64,000 bases of DNA from Eledone cirrhosa (taxonomy: Eukaryota). Each line of letters starts with the position of its first letter. Positions within the stretch are counted from its first letter, which is position 1. Below the pieces are notes generated by a model that was not told the origin of the DNA, searched no databases, and was given only the letters and a program-made list of their open reading frames with translations. A program made the position numbers and the translations under genes. Positions 42,201-54,500 of this stretch are shown piece by piece. Location: NCBI GenBank assembly GCA_964016885.1, contig OZ024762.1, positions 28,396,001 to 28,460,000 on the forward strand, read 5' to 3'.

Positions 42201-45200
42201 GGTTGGTCTGTAACAAGACAATAGCTTTTATCAAATATTGGGTTGGTGTGTAACAAAACAGTAGCTTTTAGTAAATATTAGGTTCGTCTGTAACAAGACG
42301 GTAGCTTTTATTCAATATTCGGTTGGTTACAACAAGACAGTAGCTTTTATTAAGTATTAGGTTGGTCTGTAACAAGACAGTAGCTTTTATTAAATATTGG
42401 TTTGGTGTGTAACAAGACAGTAGCTTTTATTCAATATTAGGTTGGTGTTTAACAAGACAGTAGCTTTTATTAAATATTAGGTTGATGTGTAACAAGAAAG
42501 TAGCTTTTATTAAATATTAGGTTGGTCTGTAATAAGACAATAGCTTTCATTATATATTGGGTTGGTGTGTAACAAGACAGTAGCTTTTATTCAATATTAG
42601 GTTTTTGTGTAACAAGACAGTAGCTTTTATTCAATATTGGGTTGGTGTGTAACAAGACAGTAGCTTGTATTCAATATTAGGTTGGTCTGTAACAAGACAG
42701 TAGCTTTCATTATATATTGGGTTGGTGTGTAACAAGACAGTAGCTTTTATTATATATTAGGTTGGTCTGTAACAAGACAGTAGCTTTTATTCAATATTGG
42801 GTTGGTGTGTAACAAGACAGTAGCTTATATTCAATATTAGGTTGGTCTGTAACAAGACAGTAGCTTTTATTAAATATTGGGTTGGTGTGTAACAAGACAG
42901 TAGCTTTTATTAATGATTAGGTTTGTGTGTAAATAGACAGTAGCTTTTATTAAATATTAGGTTGGTCTGTAACAAGATAGTAGCTTTTATTATATATATG
43001 GTTGGCGTGTAACAAACAGTAGATTTATTAAATATTATGTTGGTCTGTAACAAGACGGTAGCTTTTATTCAATATTCGTTTGGTGTGTAACAAGACAGTA
43101 GCTTTTATTAAATATTAGGTTGGTCTGTAAAAAGACAGTAGCTTTTATTAAATATTGGGTTCGTGTGTAAGAAGACAGTAGCTTTTATTACATATTGGGT
43201 TCGTGTGAAACAAGACAGTAGCTTTTATTAAATATTAGGTTGGTCTGTAACAAGCTCTTATTCAATATTCGGTTGGTGTGTAACAAGACATAGCTTGTAT
43301 TCAATATTAGGTTGGTCTGTAACAAGACAGTAGCTTTGATTAAATATTAGGTTTGTGTGTAAATAGACAGTAGCTTTTATTAAATATTAGGTTGGTCTGT
43401 AACAAGATAGTAGCTTTTATTATATATTGGGTTGGGGTGTAACAAGACAGTAGTTTTATTAAATATTAGGTTGGTCTGTAACAAGACGGTAGCTTTTATT
43501 CAATATTCGTTTGGTGTGTAACAAGACAGTAGCTGTTATTAAGTATTTGATTTGTCTGTAAAAAGACAGTAGCTTGTATTAAATATTAGGTTGGTCTGTA
43601 ACAAGACGGTAGCTTTTATTCAATATTCGGTTGGTGTGTAACAAGACAGTAGCTTTTATTCAATATTAGGTTGTTGTGTAACAAGACAGTAGCTTTTATT
43701 CAATATTGGGTTGGTGTGTAACAAGACAGTAGCTTGTATTCAATATTAGGTTGGTCTGTAACAGGACAGTAGCTTTCATTATATATTGGGTTTGTGTGTA
43801 ACAAGACAGTAGCTTTTATTAAATATTAGGTTGGTCTGTAACAAGACAGTAGCTTTTATTAAATATTGGGTTGGTGTGTAACAAGACAGTAGCTTTTATT
43901 AAATATTAGGTTGGTCTGTAATAAGACAATAGCTTTCATAATATATTGGGTTGGTGTGTAAAAAGACAGTAGCTTTTATTCAATATTAGGTTGGTCTGTA
44001 ACAAGACAGTAGTTTTATTCAATATTGGGTTGGTGTGTAACAAGACAGTAGCTTGTATTCAATGTTAGGTTGGTCTGTAACAAGACAGTAGCTTTTATTA
44101 AATGTTGGGTTGGTGTGTAACAAGACAGTAGCTTTGATTAAATATTAGGTTTGTTTGTAACAAGACTAGCTTTTATTAAATATTAGGTTGGTGCGTAACA
44201 AGAGAGTAGCTTTTATTAAATATTAGGTTTGTGTGTAAATAGACAGTAGCTTTTATTAAATATTAGGTTGGTCTGTAACAAGATAGTAGCTTTTATTATA
44301 TATTGGGTTGGCGTGTAACAAACAGTAGCTTTTATTAAATATTAGGTTGGTGTGTAATAAGACGGTAGCTTTTATTAAATATTGAGTTGGTGTGTAACAA
44401 GACAGTAGTTGTATTAAATATTTGGTTGGTGTGTAACAAGACAGTAGCTTTTATTAAATATTAGGTTGGTGTGTAACAAGACAGTAGCTTGTATTCAATA
44501 TTAGGTTGGTCTGTAACAAGACAGTAGCTTTCATTATATATTGGGTTGGTGTGTAACAAAACAGTAGCTTTTAGTAAATATTAGGTTCGTCTGTAACAAG
44601 ACGGTAGCTTTTATTCAATATTCGGTTGGTGTGTAGCTTTTATTCAATATTCGGTTGGTTACAACAAGACAGTAGCTTTTATTAAGTATTAGGTTGGTCT
44701 GTAACAAGACAGTAGCTTTTATTAAATATTGGTTTGGTGTGTAACAAGACAGTAGCTTTTATTCAATATTAGGTTGGTGTTTAACAAGACAGTAGCTTTT
44801 ATTAAATATTAGGTTGATGTGTAACAAGAAAGTAGCTTTTATTAAATATTAGGTTGGTCTGTAATAAGACAATAGCTTTCATTATATATTGGGTTGGTGT
44901 GTAACAAGACAGTAGCTTTTATTCAATATTAGGTTTTTGTGTAACAAGACAGTAGCTTTTATTCAATATTGGGTTGGTGTGTAACAAGACAGTAGCTTGT
45001 ATTCAATATTAGGTTGGTCTGTAACAAGACAGTAGCTTTCATTATATATTGGGTTGGTGTGTAACAAGACAGTAGCTTTTATTATATATTAGGTTGGTCT
45101 GTAACAAGACAGTAGCTTTTATTAAATATTGGGTTGGTGTGTAACAAGACAGTAGCTTTTATTAAATATTAGGTTGGTCTGTAATAAGACAATAGCTTTC

Positions 45201-48200
45201 ATAATATATTGGGTTGGTGTGTAAAAAGACAGTAGCTTTTATTCAATATTAGGTTCGTCTGTAACAAGACAGTAGCTTTTATTCAATATTGGGTTGGTGT
45301 GTAACAAGACAGTAGCTTATATTCAATATTAGGTTGGTCTGTAACAAGAAAGTCGCTTTTATTAAATATTGGGTTGGTGTGTAACAAGACAGTAGCTTTT
45401 ATTAATGATTACGTTTGTGTGTAAATAGACAGTAGCTTTTATTAAATATTAGGTTGGTCTGTAACAAGATAGTAGCTTTTATTATATATATGGTTGGCGT
45501 GTAACAAACAGTAGATTTATTAAATATTAGGTTGGTCTGTAACAAGACGGTAGCTTTTATTCAATATTCGTTTGGTGTGTAACAAGACAGTAGCTTTTAT
45601 TAAATATTAGGTTGGTCAGTAAAAAGACAGTAGCTTTTATTAAATATTGGGTTCGTGTGTAAGAAGACAGTAGCTTTTATTACATATTGGGTTCGTGTGA
45701 AACAAGACAGTAGCTTTTATTAAATATTAGGTTGGTCTGTAACAAGCTTTTATTCAATATTCGGTTGGTGTGTAACAAGACATAGCTTGTATTCAATATT
45801 AGGTTGGTCTGTAACAAGACAGTAGCTTTGATTAAATATTAGGTTTGTGTGTAAATAGACAGTAGCTTTATTAAATATTAGGTTGGTCTGTAACAAGATA
45901 GTAGCTTTTATTATATATTGGGTTGGGGTGTAACAAGACAGTAGTTTTATTAAATATTAGGTTGGTCTGTAACAAGACGGTAGCTTTTATTCAATATTCG
46001 TTTGGTGTGTAACAAGACAGTAGCTGTTATTAAGTATTTGATTTGTCTGTAAAACGACAGTAGCTTGTATTAAATATTTGGTTCGTGTGTAACAAGACAG
46101 TAGCTTTTATTAAATATTAGGTTGGTCTGTAACAAGCTCTTATTCAATATTCGGTTGGTGTGTAACAAGACATAGCTTGTATTCAATATTAGGTTGGTCT
46201 GTAACAAGACAGTAGCTTTGATTAAATATTAGGTTTGTGTGTAAATAGACAGTAGCTTTTATTAAATATTAGGTTGGTCTGTAACAAGATAGTAGCTTTT
46301 ATTATATATTGGGTTGGGGTGTAACAAGACAGTAGTTTTATTAAATATTAGGTTGGTCTGTAACAAGACGGTAGCTTTTATTCAATATTCGTTTGGTGTG
46401 TAACAAGACAGTAGCTGTTATTAAGTATTTGATTTGTCTGTAAAAAGACAGTAGCTTGTATTAAATATTTGGTTCGTGTGTAACAAGACAGTAGCTTTTA
46501 TTAAATATTAGGTTGGTCTGTAACAAGACGGTAGCTTTTATTCAATATTCGGTTGGTGTGTAACAAGACAGTAGCTTTTATTCAATATTAGGTTGTTGTG
46601 TAACAAGACAGTAGCTTTTATTCAATATTGGGTTGGTGTGTAACAAGACAGTAGCTTGTATTCAATATTAGGTTGGTCTGTAACAGGACAGTAGCTTTCA
46701 TTATATATTGGGTTTGTGTGTAACAAGACAGTAGCTTTTATTAAATATTAGGTTGGTCTGTAACAAGACAGTAGCTTTTATTAAATATTGGGTTGGTGTG
46801 TAACAAGACAGTAGCTTTTATTAAATATTAGGTTGGTCTGTAATAAGACAATAGCTTTCATAATATATTGGGTTGGTGTGTAAAAAGACAGTAGCTTTTA
46901 TTCAATATTAGGTTGGTCTGTAACAAGACAGTAGTTTTATTCAATATTGGGTTGGTGTGTAACAAGACAGTAGCTTGTATTCAATGTTAGGTTGGTCTGT
47001 AACAAGACAGTAGCTTTTATTAAATGTTGGGTTGGTGTGTAACAAGACAGTAGCTTTGATTAAATATTAGGTTTGTTTGTAACAAGACTAGCTTTTATTA
47101 AATATTAGGTTGGTGCGTAACAAGAGAGTAGCTTTTATTAAATATTAGGTTTGTGTGTAAATAGACAGTAGCTTTTATTAAATATTAGGTTGGTCTGTAA
47201 CAAGATAGTAGCTTTTATTATATATATGGTTGGCGTGTAACAAACAGTAGATTTATTAAATATTAGGTTGGTCTGTAACAAGACGGTAGCTTTTATTCAA
47301 TATTCGTTTGGTGTGTAACAAGACAGTAGCTTTTATTAAATATTAGGTTGGTCAGTAAAAAGACAGTAGCTTTTATTAAATATTGGGTTCGTGTGTAAGA
47401 AGACAGTAGCTTTTATTACATATTGGGTTCGTGTGAAACAAGACAGTAGCTTTTATTAAATATTAGGTTGGTCTGTAACAAGCTTTTATTCAATATTCGG
47501 TTGGTGTGTAACAAGACATAGCTTGTATTCAATATTAGGTTGGTCTGTAACAAGACAGTAGCTTTGATTAAATATTAGGTTTGTGTGTAAATAGACAGTA
47601 GCTTTATTAAATATTAGGTTGGTCTGTAACAAGATAGTAGCTTTTATTATATATTGGGTTGGGGTGTAACAAGACAGTAGTTTTATTAAATATTAGGTTG
47701 GTCTGTAACAAGACGGTAGCTTTTATTCAATATTCGTTTGGTGTGTAACAAGACAGTAGCTGTTATTAAGTATTTGATTTGTCTGTAAAACGACAGTAGC
47801 TTGTATTAAATATTTGGTTCGTGTGTAACAAGACAGTAGCTTTTATTAAATATTAGGTTGGTCTGTAACAAGCTCTTATTCAATATTCGGTTGGTGTGTA
47901 ACAAGACATAGCTTGTATTCAATATTAGGTTGGTCTGTAACAAGACAGTAGCTTTGATTAAATATTAGGTTTGTGTGTAAATAGACAGTAGCTTTTATTA
48001 AATATTAGGTTGGTCTGTAACAAGATAGTAGCTTTTATTATATATTGGGTTGGGGTGTAACAAGACAGTAGTTTTATTAAATATTAGGTTGGTCTGTAAC
48101 AAGACGGTAGCTTTTATTCAATATTCGTTTGGTGTGTAACAAGACAGTAGCTGTTATTAAGTATTTGATTTGTCTGTAAAAAGACAGTAGCTTGTATTAA

Positions 48201-51200
48201 ATATTTGGTTCGTGTGTAACAAGACAGTAGCTTTTATTAAATATTAGGTTGGTCTGTAACAAGACGGTAGCTTTTATTCAATATTCGGTTGGTGTGTAAC
48301 AAGACAGTAGCTTTTATTCAATATTAGGTTGTTGTGTAACAAGACAGTAGCTTTTATTCAATATTGGGTTGGTGTGTAACAAGACAGTAGCTTGTATTCA
48401 ATATTAGGTTGGTCTGTAACAGGACAGTAGCTTTCATTATATATTGGGTTTGTGTGTAACAAGACAGTAGCTTTTATTAAATATTAGGTTGGTCTGTAAC
48501 AAGACAGTAGCTTTTATTAAATATTGGGTTGGTGTGTAACAAGACAGTAGCTTTTATTAAATATTAGGTTGGTCTGTAATAAGACAATAGCTTTCATAAT
48601 ATATTGGGTTGGTGTGTAAAAAGACAGTAGCTTTTATTCAATATTAGGTTGGTCTGTAACAAGACAGTAGTTTTATTCAATATTGGGTTGGTGTGTAACA
48701 AGACAGTAGCTTGTATTCAATGTTAGGTTGGTCTGTAACAAGACAGTAGCTTTTATTAAATGTTGGGTTGGTGTGTAACAAGACAGTAGCTTTGATTAAA
48801 TATTAGGTTTGTTTGTAACAAGACTAGCTTTTATTAAATATTAGGTTGGTGCGTAACAAGAGAGTAGCTTTTATTAAATATTAGGTTTGTGTGTAAATAG
48901 ACAGTAGCTTTTATTAAATATTAGGTTGGTCTGTAACAAGATAGTAGCTTTTATTATATATTGGGTTGGCGTGTAACAAACAGTAGCTTTTATTAAATAT
49001 TAGGTTGGTGTGTAATAAGACGGTAGCTTTTATTAAATATTGAGTTGGTGTGTAACAAGACAGTAGTTTTATTAAATATTTGGTTGGTGTGTAACAAGAC
49101 AGTAGCTTTTATTAAATATTAGGTTGGTGTGTAACAAGACAGTAGCTTGTATTCAATATTAGGTTGGTCTGTAACAAGACAGTAGCTTTCATTATATATT
49201 GGGTTGGTGTGTAACAAAACAGTAGCTTTTAGTAAATATTAGGTTCGTCTGTAACAAGACGGTAGCTTTTATTCAATATTCGGTTGGTGTGTAGCTTTTA
49301 TTCAATATTCGGTTGGTTACAACAAGACAGTAGCTTTTATTAAGTATTAGGTTGGTCTGTAACAAGACAGTAGCTTTTATTAAATATTGGTTTGGTGTGT
49401 AACAAGACAGTAGCTTTTATTCAATATTAGGTTGGTGTTTAACAAGACAGTAGCTTTTATTAAATATTAGGTTGATGTGTAACAAGAAAGTAGCTTTTAT
49501 TAAATATTAGGTTGGTCTGTAATAAGACAATAGCTTTCATTATATATTGGGTTGGTGTGTAACAAGACAGTAGCTTTTATTCAATATTAGGTTTTTGTGT
49601 AACAAGACAGTAGCTTTTATTCAATATTGGGTTGGTGTGTAACAAGACAGTAGCTTGTATTCAATATTAGGTTGGTCTGTAACAAGACAGTAGCTTTCAT
49701 TATATATTGGGTTGGTGTGTAACAAGACAGTAGCTTTTATTATATATTAGGTTGGTCTGTAACAAGACAGTAGCTTTTATTAAATATTGGGTTGGTGTGT
49801 AACAAGACAGTAGCTTTTATTAAATATTAGGTTGGTCTGTAATAAGACAATAGCTTTCATAATATATTGGGTTGGTGTGTAAAAAGACAGTAGCTTTTAT
49901 TCAATATTAGGTTCGTCTGTAACAAGACAGTAGCTTTTATTCAATATTGGGTTGGTGTGTAACAAGACAGTAGCTTATATTCAATATTAGGTTGGTCTGT
50001 AACAAGAAAGTCGCTTTTATTAAATATTGGGTTGGTGTGTAACAAGACAGTAGCTTTTATTAATGATTACGTTTGTGTGTAAATAGACAGTAGCTTTTAT
50101 TAAATATTAGGTTGGTCTGTAACAAGATAGTAGCTTTTATTATATATATGGTTGGCGTGTAACAAACAGTAGATTTATTAAATATTAGGTTGGTCTGTAA
50201 CAAGACGGTAGCTTTTATTCAATATTCGTTTGGTGTGTAACAAGACAGTAGCTTTTATTAAATATTAGGTTGGTCAGTAAAAAGACAGTAGCTTTTATTA
50301 AATATTGGGTTCGTGTGTAAGAAGACAGTAGCTTTTATTACATATTGGGTTCGTGTGAAACAAGACAGTAGCTTTTATTAAATATTAGGTTGGTCTGTAA
50401 CAAGCTTTTATTCAATATTCGGTTGGTGTGTAACAAGACATAGCTTGTATTCAATATTAGGTTGGTCTGTAACAAGACAGTAGCTTTGATTAAATATTAG
50501 GTTTGTGTGTAAATAGACAGTAGCTTTATTAAATATTAGGTTGGTCTGTAACAAGATAGTAGCTTTTATTATATATTGGGTTGGGGTGTAACAAGACAGT
50601 AGTTTTATTAAATATTAGGTTGGTCTGTAACAAGACGGTAGCTTTTATTCAATATTCGTTTGGTGTGTAACAAGACAGTAGCTGTTATTAAGTATTTGAT
50701 TTGTCTGTAAAACGACAGTAGCTTGTATTAAATATTTGGTTCGTGTGTAACAAGACAGTAGCTTTTATTAAATATTAGGTTGGTCTGTAACAAGACGGTA
50801 GCTTTTATTCAATATTCGGTTGGTGTGTAACAAGACAGTAGCTTTTATTCAATATTAGGTTGTTGTGTAACAAGACAGTAGCTTTTATTCAATATTGGGT
50901 TGGTGTGTAACAAGACAGTAGCTTGTATTCAATATTAGGTTGGTCTGTAACAGGACAGTAGCTTTCATTATATATTGGGTTTGTGTGTAACAAGACAGTA
51001 GCTTTTATTAAATATTAGGTTGGTCTGTAACAAGACAGTAGCTTTTATTAAATATTGGGTTGGTGTGTAACAAGACAGTAGCTTTTATTAAATATTAGGT
51101 TGGTCTGTAATAAGACAATAGCTTTCATAATATATTGGGTTGGTGTGTAAAAAGACAGTAGCTTTTATTCAATATTAGGTTGGTCTGTAACAAGACAGTA

Positions 51201-51520
51201 GCTTTTATTCAATATTGGGTTGGTGTGTAACAAGACAGTAGCTTGTATTCAATGTTAGGTTGGTCTGTAACAAGACAGTAGCTTTTATTAAATGTTGGGT
51301 TGGTGTGTAACAAGACAGTAGCTTTGATTAAATATTAGGTTTGTTTGTAACAAGACTAGCTTTTATTAAATATTAGGTTGGTGCGTAACAAGAGAGTAGC
51401 TTTTATTAAATATTAGGTTTGTGTGTAAATAGACAGTAGCTTTTATTACATATTAGGTTGGTCTGTAACAAGATAGTAGCTTTTATTATATATTGGGTTG
51501 GCGTGTAACAAACAGTAGTT
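39240..51520. repeat. Array of ~2.45-2.65 kb higher-order units with nested 1736-bp and 390-bp duplications
   Basis: The unit-start marker taataagacgg...tgagttgg occurs at 39279, 41931, 44383 and 49041 (also 55145). taatgatt occurs at ~40420, 42911, 45403 and 50061. gtcagtaaaa 45615/47351 gives offset 1736. The aacaagct deletion monomers at 45741/46131 give offset 390. Confidence 0.87.
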
Positions 51521-54500
51521 TTATTAAATATTAGGTTGGTCTGTAACAAGACGGTAGCTTTTATTCAATATTCGTTTGGTGTGTAACAAGACAGTAGCTT
51601 TTATTAAATATTAGGTTGGTCTGTAAAAAGACAGTAGCTTTTATTCAATATTGGGTTCGTGTGTAACAAGACAGTAGCTTTTATTAAATATTAGGTTGGT
51701 CTGTAACAAGCTTTTATTCAATATGCGGTTGGTGTGTAACAAGACAATGGCTTTTATCAAATATTGGGTTGGTGTGTAACAAGACAGTAGTTTTCTTAAA
51801 TATTAGGTTCGTCAGTAACAAGACGGTAGCTTTTATTCAATATTCGGTTGGTGTGTAACAAGACAGTAGCTTTTATTAAATATTGGTTTGGTGTGTAACA
51901 AAACAGTAGCTTTTATTCAATATTAGGTTGGTGTTTAACAAGACAGTAGCTTTCATTATATATTGGGTTGGTGTGTAACAAGACAGTAGCTTTTATTCAA
52001 TATTAGGTTGTTGTGTAACAAGACAGTAGCGTTTATTCAATATTGGGTTGGTGTGTAACAAGACTGTAGCTTGTATTCAATATTAGGTTGGTCTGTAACA
52101 AGACAGTAGCTTTCATTATATATTGGGTTGGTGTGTAACAAGACAGTAGCTTTTAGTAAATATTGGGTTGGTGTGAAACAAGACAGTAGCTTTTATTAAA
52201 TATTAGGTTGGTCTGTAATAAGACAATAGCTTTCATTATATATTGGGTTGGTGTGTAACAAGACAGTAGCATTATTCTATATTAGGTTTGTCTGTAACAA
52301 GACAGTAGCTTTTATTCAATATTGGGTTGGTGTGTAACAAGATAGTAGAATTTATTATATATTGGGTTGGCGTGTAACAAACAGTAGTTTTATTAAATAT
52401 CAGGTTGGTCTGTAACAAGACGGTAGCTTTTATTCAATATTCGTTTGGTGTGTAACAAGACAGTAGCTTTTATTAAATATTATGTTGGTCTGTAAAAAGA
52501 CAGTAGCTTTTATTAAATATTGGGTTAGTGTGTAACAAGACAGTATCTTTTATTAAATATTAAGTTGGTCTGTAACAAGCTTTTATTCAATATTCGGTTG
52601 CTGTGTAACAAGACAATAGCTTTTATCAAATATTGGGTTGGTGTGTAACAAGACAGTAGCTTTTATCAAATATTGGGTTGGTGTGTAACAAGACTGTAGT
52701 TTTATTAAATATTGGGTTCGTGTGTAACAAGACAGTAGCTTTTATTAAATATTAGGTTCGTCTGTAACAAGACGGTAGCTTTTATTCAATATTGGTTTGG
52801 TGTGTAACAAGACAGTAGCTTTTATTAAGTATTAGGTTGGTCTGTAACAAGACAGTAGCTTTTATTAAATATTGGTTTGGTGTGTAACAAGACAGTAGGT
52901 TTTATTCAATATTAGGTTGGTGTTTAACAAGACAGTAGCTTTCATTATATATTGGGTTGGTGTGTAACAAGACAGTAGCTTTTATTAAATATTAGGTTGG
53001 TCTGTAACAAGACAGTAGCTTTTATTAAATATTGGGTTGGTGTGTAACAAGACAGTAGCTTTTATTAAATATTAGGTTGGTCTGTAATAAGACAATAGCT
53101 TTCATGATATATTGGGTTGGTGTGTAAAAAGACAGTAGCTTTTATTCAATATTAGGTTTGTCTGTAACAAGACATTAACTTTTATTCAATATTGGGTTGG
53201 TGTGTAACAAGACAGTAGCTTGTATTCAATATTAGGTTTGTCTGTAACAAGACAGTAGCTTTTATTAAATATTGGGTTGGTGTGTAACAAGACAGTAGCT
53301 TTGATTAAATATTAGGTTTGTGTGTAAATAGACAGTAGCTTTTATTAAATATTAGGTTGGTCTGTAACAAGATAGTAGCTTTTATTTTATATTGGGTTGG
53401 CGTGTAACAAGACAGTAGTTTTATTAAATATTAGGTTGGTCTGTAACAAGACGGTAGCTTTTATTCAATATTCGTTTGGTGTGTAACAAGACAGTAGCTT
53501 TTATTAAGTATTAGGTTGGTCTGTAAAAAGACAGTAGCTTTTCTTAAATATTGTGTTCGTGTGTAACAAGACAGTAGCTTTTATTAAATATTAGGTTGGT
53601 CTGTAACAATACAGTAGCTTTTATTAAATATTAGGTTGGTGTGTAACAAGGCAGTTGCTTTTATTAAATATTGGGTTAGTGTGTAACAAGACCCTAGCTT
53701 GTATTCAATATTGGGTAGGTGTGTAACAAGACAGTAGCTTATATTCAATATTAGTTTGGTCTGTAACAAGACGGTAGCTTTAATTAAATATTGGATTGGT
53801 GTGTAACAAGACAGTAGTATTGATTAAATATTAGGTTTGTGTGTAACAAGACTAGCTTTTATAAAATATTATGTTGGTGTGTAACAAGACAGTAGCTTTT
53901 ATTAAATATTAGGTTGGTCTGTAACAAGACAATAGCTCTTATTAAATATTGGGTTGGTCTGTAACAAGAAAATAGCTTTTATTATGTATTGGGTTGGTGT
54001 GTAAGAAGACAGTAGCTTTTATTATATATTAGGTTTGTGTGTAACTAGTCAGTAGCTTTTATTAAATATTAGGTTGGTCTGTAACAAGATAGTAGCTTTT
54101 ATTGTATATTGGGTTGGCGTGTAACAAGACAGTAGCTTTTATTAAATATTAGGTTGGTGTGTAACTAGACAGTAGCTTTCATTAAATATTAGGTTGGTCT
54201 GTAAAAAGCTAGTAGCTTTTATTGTATATTGGGTTAGCGTGTAACAAAACAGTAGCTTTTATTAAATATTGGATTGATATGTAACAAGACAGTAGCTTTT
54301 ATTAAATATTAGGTTTGTCTGTAACACGACAGTAGCTTTTATTCAATATTGGGTTTGTGTGTAAGAAGTCAGTAGCTTGTATTCAATATTAGGTTGGTCT
54401 GTAACAAGACAGTAGCTTTTATTAAATATTGGGTTGGTGTGTAACAAGACAGTAGCTTTGATTAAATATTAGGTTTGTGTGTAACAAGACTAGCTTTTAT

